Assembly: GCA_965197925.1 (NCBI GenBank)
Contig: CBDAOC010000020.1
Location: 544,001 to 608,000, forward strand
DNA length: 64,000 bases
From: Nitrososphaerales archaeon
Lineage (GTDB): Archaea > Thermoproteota > Nitrososphaeria > Nitrososphaerales > UBA213
Direction of reading: 5' to 3'
Every line of letters starts with the position of its first letter. Within the stretch, counting starts at the first letter, position 1. The notes under the pieces were generated by a model that worked only from the letters and a program-made list of their open reading frames with translations, was not told the origin of the DNA and ran no database searches. Positions 61,693 through 64,000 of the stretch are shown piece by piece. The translations under genes were made by a program, and so were the position numbers.

Positions 61693-62550
61693 TTTCCAGT
61701 ATAAAAATGGAGTCTGATTAAACACAATGTTAGAATTTAGTGGAAAATAATATTTTGAAAGCAGATAACCTAGATTTTCTGTATGTAAGAAATTCATATC
61801 TCTTTAAGTCTATATTGACGGATAAACTAAGGTGAGATTTTACACTGGCTCATGAAAAAGCTTGGCATTACATGCAATTTACATTTCTTTATATCTCTTC
61901 CGTATATCCTCACCGAAAATCTGACAAGGAAAATAGAAACATCCTATTTAATGCCTTTAGATTGATCCAATTCTGTTTATTTGATGATTGTTGACTTTAA
62001 ATGGACAGATCTAGGTGATAAGAGTGCAAAAAACAAAAATAAGAAAAATCTAGAAAAATAAGTGCAGTAATTTATTGGATTTAGCGATCAAGTAGGAACT
62101 AGTAAAAATAATACAGTATACTTGATAATATGGAGAATGATAGAGGCCTATTGGTTTTAGAGGACAAAGATGTTGCTCAAATTGATGCTACGGTAATGGT
62201 TGGCGTATTAATTTTTCTTGGTAATAATAAGTTACACACCAAATTAATAGAATTTCCTTTATGTATGACGTCGTATGTGAAGCAGAAAAATAATCAGTAG
62301 GATAGATGAGCACAGGTGGGGGCTCGAATTCCTGTTTGAAGATATATTAGAACTATGCCAGTCTGATTTGTAAAGATGATAAATATTCAAAATACAAAGG
62401 TATGTGTTAGAAAGAAATAATTGGAATTCCAGACGATGACATTATTTATGGATTAGGAGGCAACGACACAATACAAAGACTTGGTGATGATGACATAATA
62501 TTTGGTTTCCTTAAAATGTTCGAAAAGAATGTTTAATAGGAATCGGCTAT

Positions 62551-63301
62551 ATGATAGAATCACACATACCACCACATGCAAAAACTGGCAGGCCTAGGGA
62601 TGATGATAGAAAAATCATTAACGGAATAATCCATGTTCTAACTACTGGATGCCGATGGGACGATATGCCAAAAAGATATGGTGATGATTCTACTGCAAAC
62701 AGAAGGTTAAACAAATGGCAACAAAAAGGAATCTGGAAAAAGATTCTATCACGTACTATTCACTCAGCACATAAATCTGGCAAAATTAATCTACATCAGT
62801 TGACTCTTCATCCATTCCTGATAAAAAAGGGGCAATGTAACTGGATATAATGGATTCAAGAGAATAACAGGTACAAAAATACATGCCGCAGTAGAGGGTA
62901 ACGGATTTCCAATATCCATACTGTTGAGTCCAGCAAATGAACATGACAGTACAAAATGCATGGATGTTACAGGATCAATTTCAGACTATCTTGATGATGA
63001 TTCAATACAACAGATAGAATCAGTTTATGCAGACAAAATGATGCAAAATACATCAGAATGTATTTGTGGGATAGAAATATTGCATGTTGCATCCCATACA
63101 AAATAAATTCCAAGTTCATCTTGCAAAATAATGATTACAAACATTACAGCAAGACAAGATTTGTAGTTGAGAGATTCCTTGCATGGCTCAAGAATGGATT
63201 TCACAGAACAAGAACCAGGTATGAAAGAACGGCAGAAAACTACCTGGCATTTGTTAATCCTGCATCATTTTTGATGTATTGTAGGGTTTTGAGATGAGTT
63301 G
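62551..63301 (+). mobile_element. 5'-truncated copy of the IS5 element at 5075..5948
   Basis: Near-identical ORF fragments and right TIR GTTTTGAGATGAGTTG ending at 63301. The left TIR and first codons are missing, and there is an extra 8-bp deletion near 62795. Confidence 0.92.
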
Positions 63302-63309
63302 TCTATTAC

Positions 63310-63690
63310 CAAATTCACAGATGCAGGAATCTCTCTCAGCACCACCAACCTCATTTGCTAAAACATATGGAGCCTCTGATGATGAATTTGCAAGCGTAGC
63401 TCAGCAAGCATAAGATAGTAGTTATATGCTTGCAGGATCTACAAAATCAATAGTATTCGGTGCAATTAATCATGATTTCTGGCTTGTCAAGATCGAGCCG
63501 AATGGTGATATAGAGTGGGAGAAACGCTATAAACGGGCCCCGGAGGAGAATCAGTAATCTCAGCCGAACAAACCTCTGACGGAGGATATATAGCCACTGG
63601 AACAACGTCCGCTCCAGGTGAGGGTTTTGCAGACTTTTGGGTTCTGAAGTTGATGTATTAGGTAATGTGGAGTGGGAGAAAAGGGTTAAT
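63310..63690 (+). pseudogene. Remnant of a secreted beta-propeller repeat protein
   Basis: Broken frames give KTYGASDDEFASV, DFWLVKIEPNGDIEWEKRY, QTSDGGYIATG, DFWVLKL..GNVEWEK. Confidence 0.6.
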
Positions 63691-63755
63691 TTACGAAGTA
63701 CTGTAATAGTACGGTATAATACCTTAAATACTACCAGTTTGATCCATTATATGCA

Positions 63756-64000
63756 TTGTCCTCTCGCATTGAATTATCAAGACAATTTCCCATAGAATAT
63801 CAGCGCGCTTCAGAATTACTCGGATTAAGTTCGGGAATCACAGAGCTCGATAGACTGCTGGGTTTTATAGAGAAAGGGGAAATCATATTTGTCAAAGGAG
63901 GATCACGCAAATATTTTCTAGAATTATTCTGTCTGCGAGCAATTCTGCAGTACCGCAATTATTGCTTGTTCATAGATGGCTACAACAGTTTCGATCCGTA
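63756..64000 (+). CDS. RecA/RadA-fold protein with degenerate Walker A (partial, runs off the window)
   Basis: Frame reads LSSGITELDRLLGFIEKGEIIFVKGGSRKYFLE...LFIDGYNSFDP. There is no GKT/S. Confidence 0.7.
   Translation, partial: MSSRIELSRQFPIEYQRASELLGLSSGITELDRLLGFIEKGEIIFVKGGSRKYFLELFCLRAILQYRNYCLFIDGYNSFDP

Noticed and set aside
61582..61797. 71-aa minus-strand ORF
   Set aside because: Antisense shadow of tRNA-Thr.
62310..62335. GGTGGGGGCTCGAATTCCTG as a tRNA 3' fragment / att site
   Set aside because: It does not match the 3' end of either tRNA in the window, and the stem pairing is poor.

Overview
Archaeal chromosomal window, most consistent with Nitrososphaerota (Thaumarchaeota). 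Markers are a eukaryote-type topoisomerase IB, TFB, Sec61beta, aIF-1/SUI1, a JAMM protein, RtcB, a PDCD5-like protein, uS11, a CFI-box-type C-terminal domain on OppA, and two intron-containing tRNAs. The AT-rich backbone carries housekeeping and transport genes (about 6-24 kb, 26-27 kb, 54-62 kb) and many decayed IS elements and frameshifted pseudogenes. Two blocks stand out. (1) At 28.5-37 kb, an Lhr helicase and an Lhr-type metallophosphoesterase bracket a three-gene operon. It encodes a short SMC ATPase with no recognisable hinge and Smc5/6-type head signatures, a kleisin-like protein and a KITE-like tandem winged-helix protein, and it sits head-to-head with an uncharacterised gene. (2) At 37-54 kb lies a defence/DNA-modification island. 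It holds a GC-rich Eco57I-like methyltransferase split at a G5 run, a PLD-SNF2 helicase, an IS6-type remnant and an HNH-like protein. It also holds an intact four-gene module of an SPL-like radical SAM enzyme, DUF5131/Gp37-Gp68 and two divergent TcmP proteins. All family assignments come from motif recognition by eye; no database searches were run.
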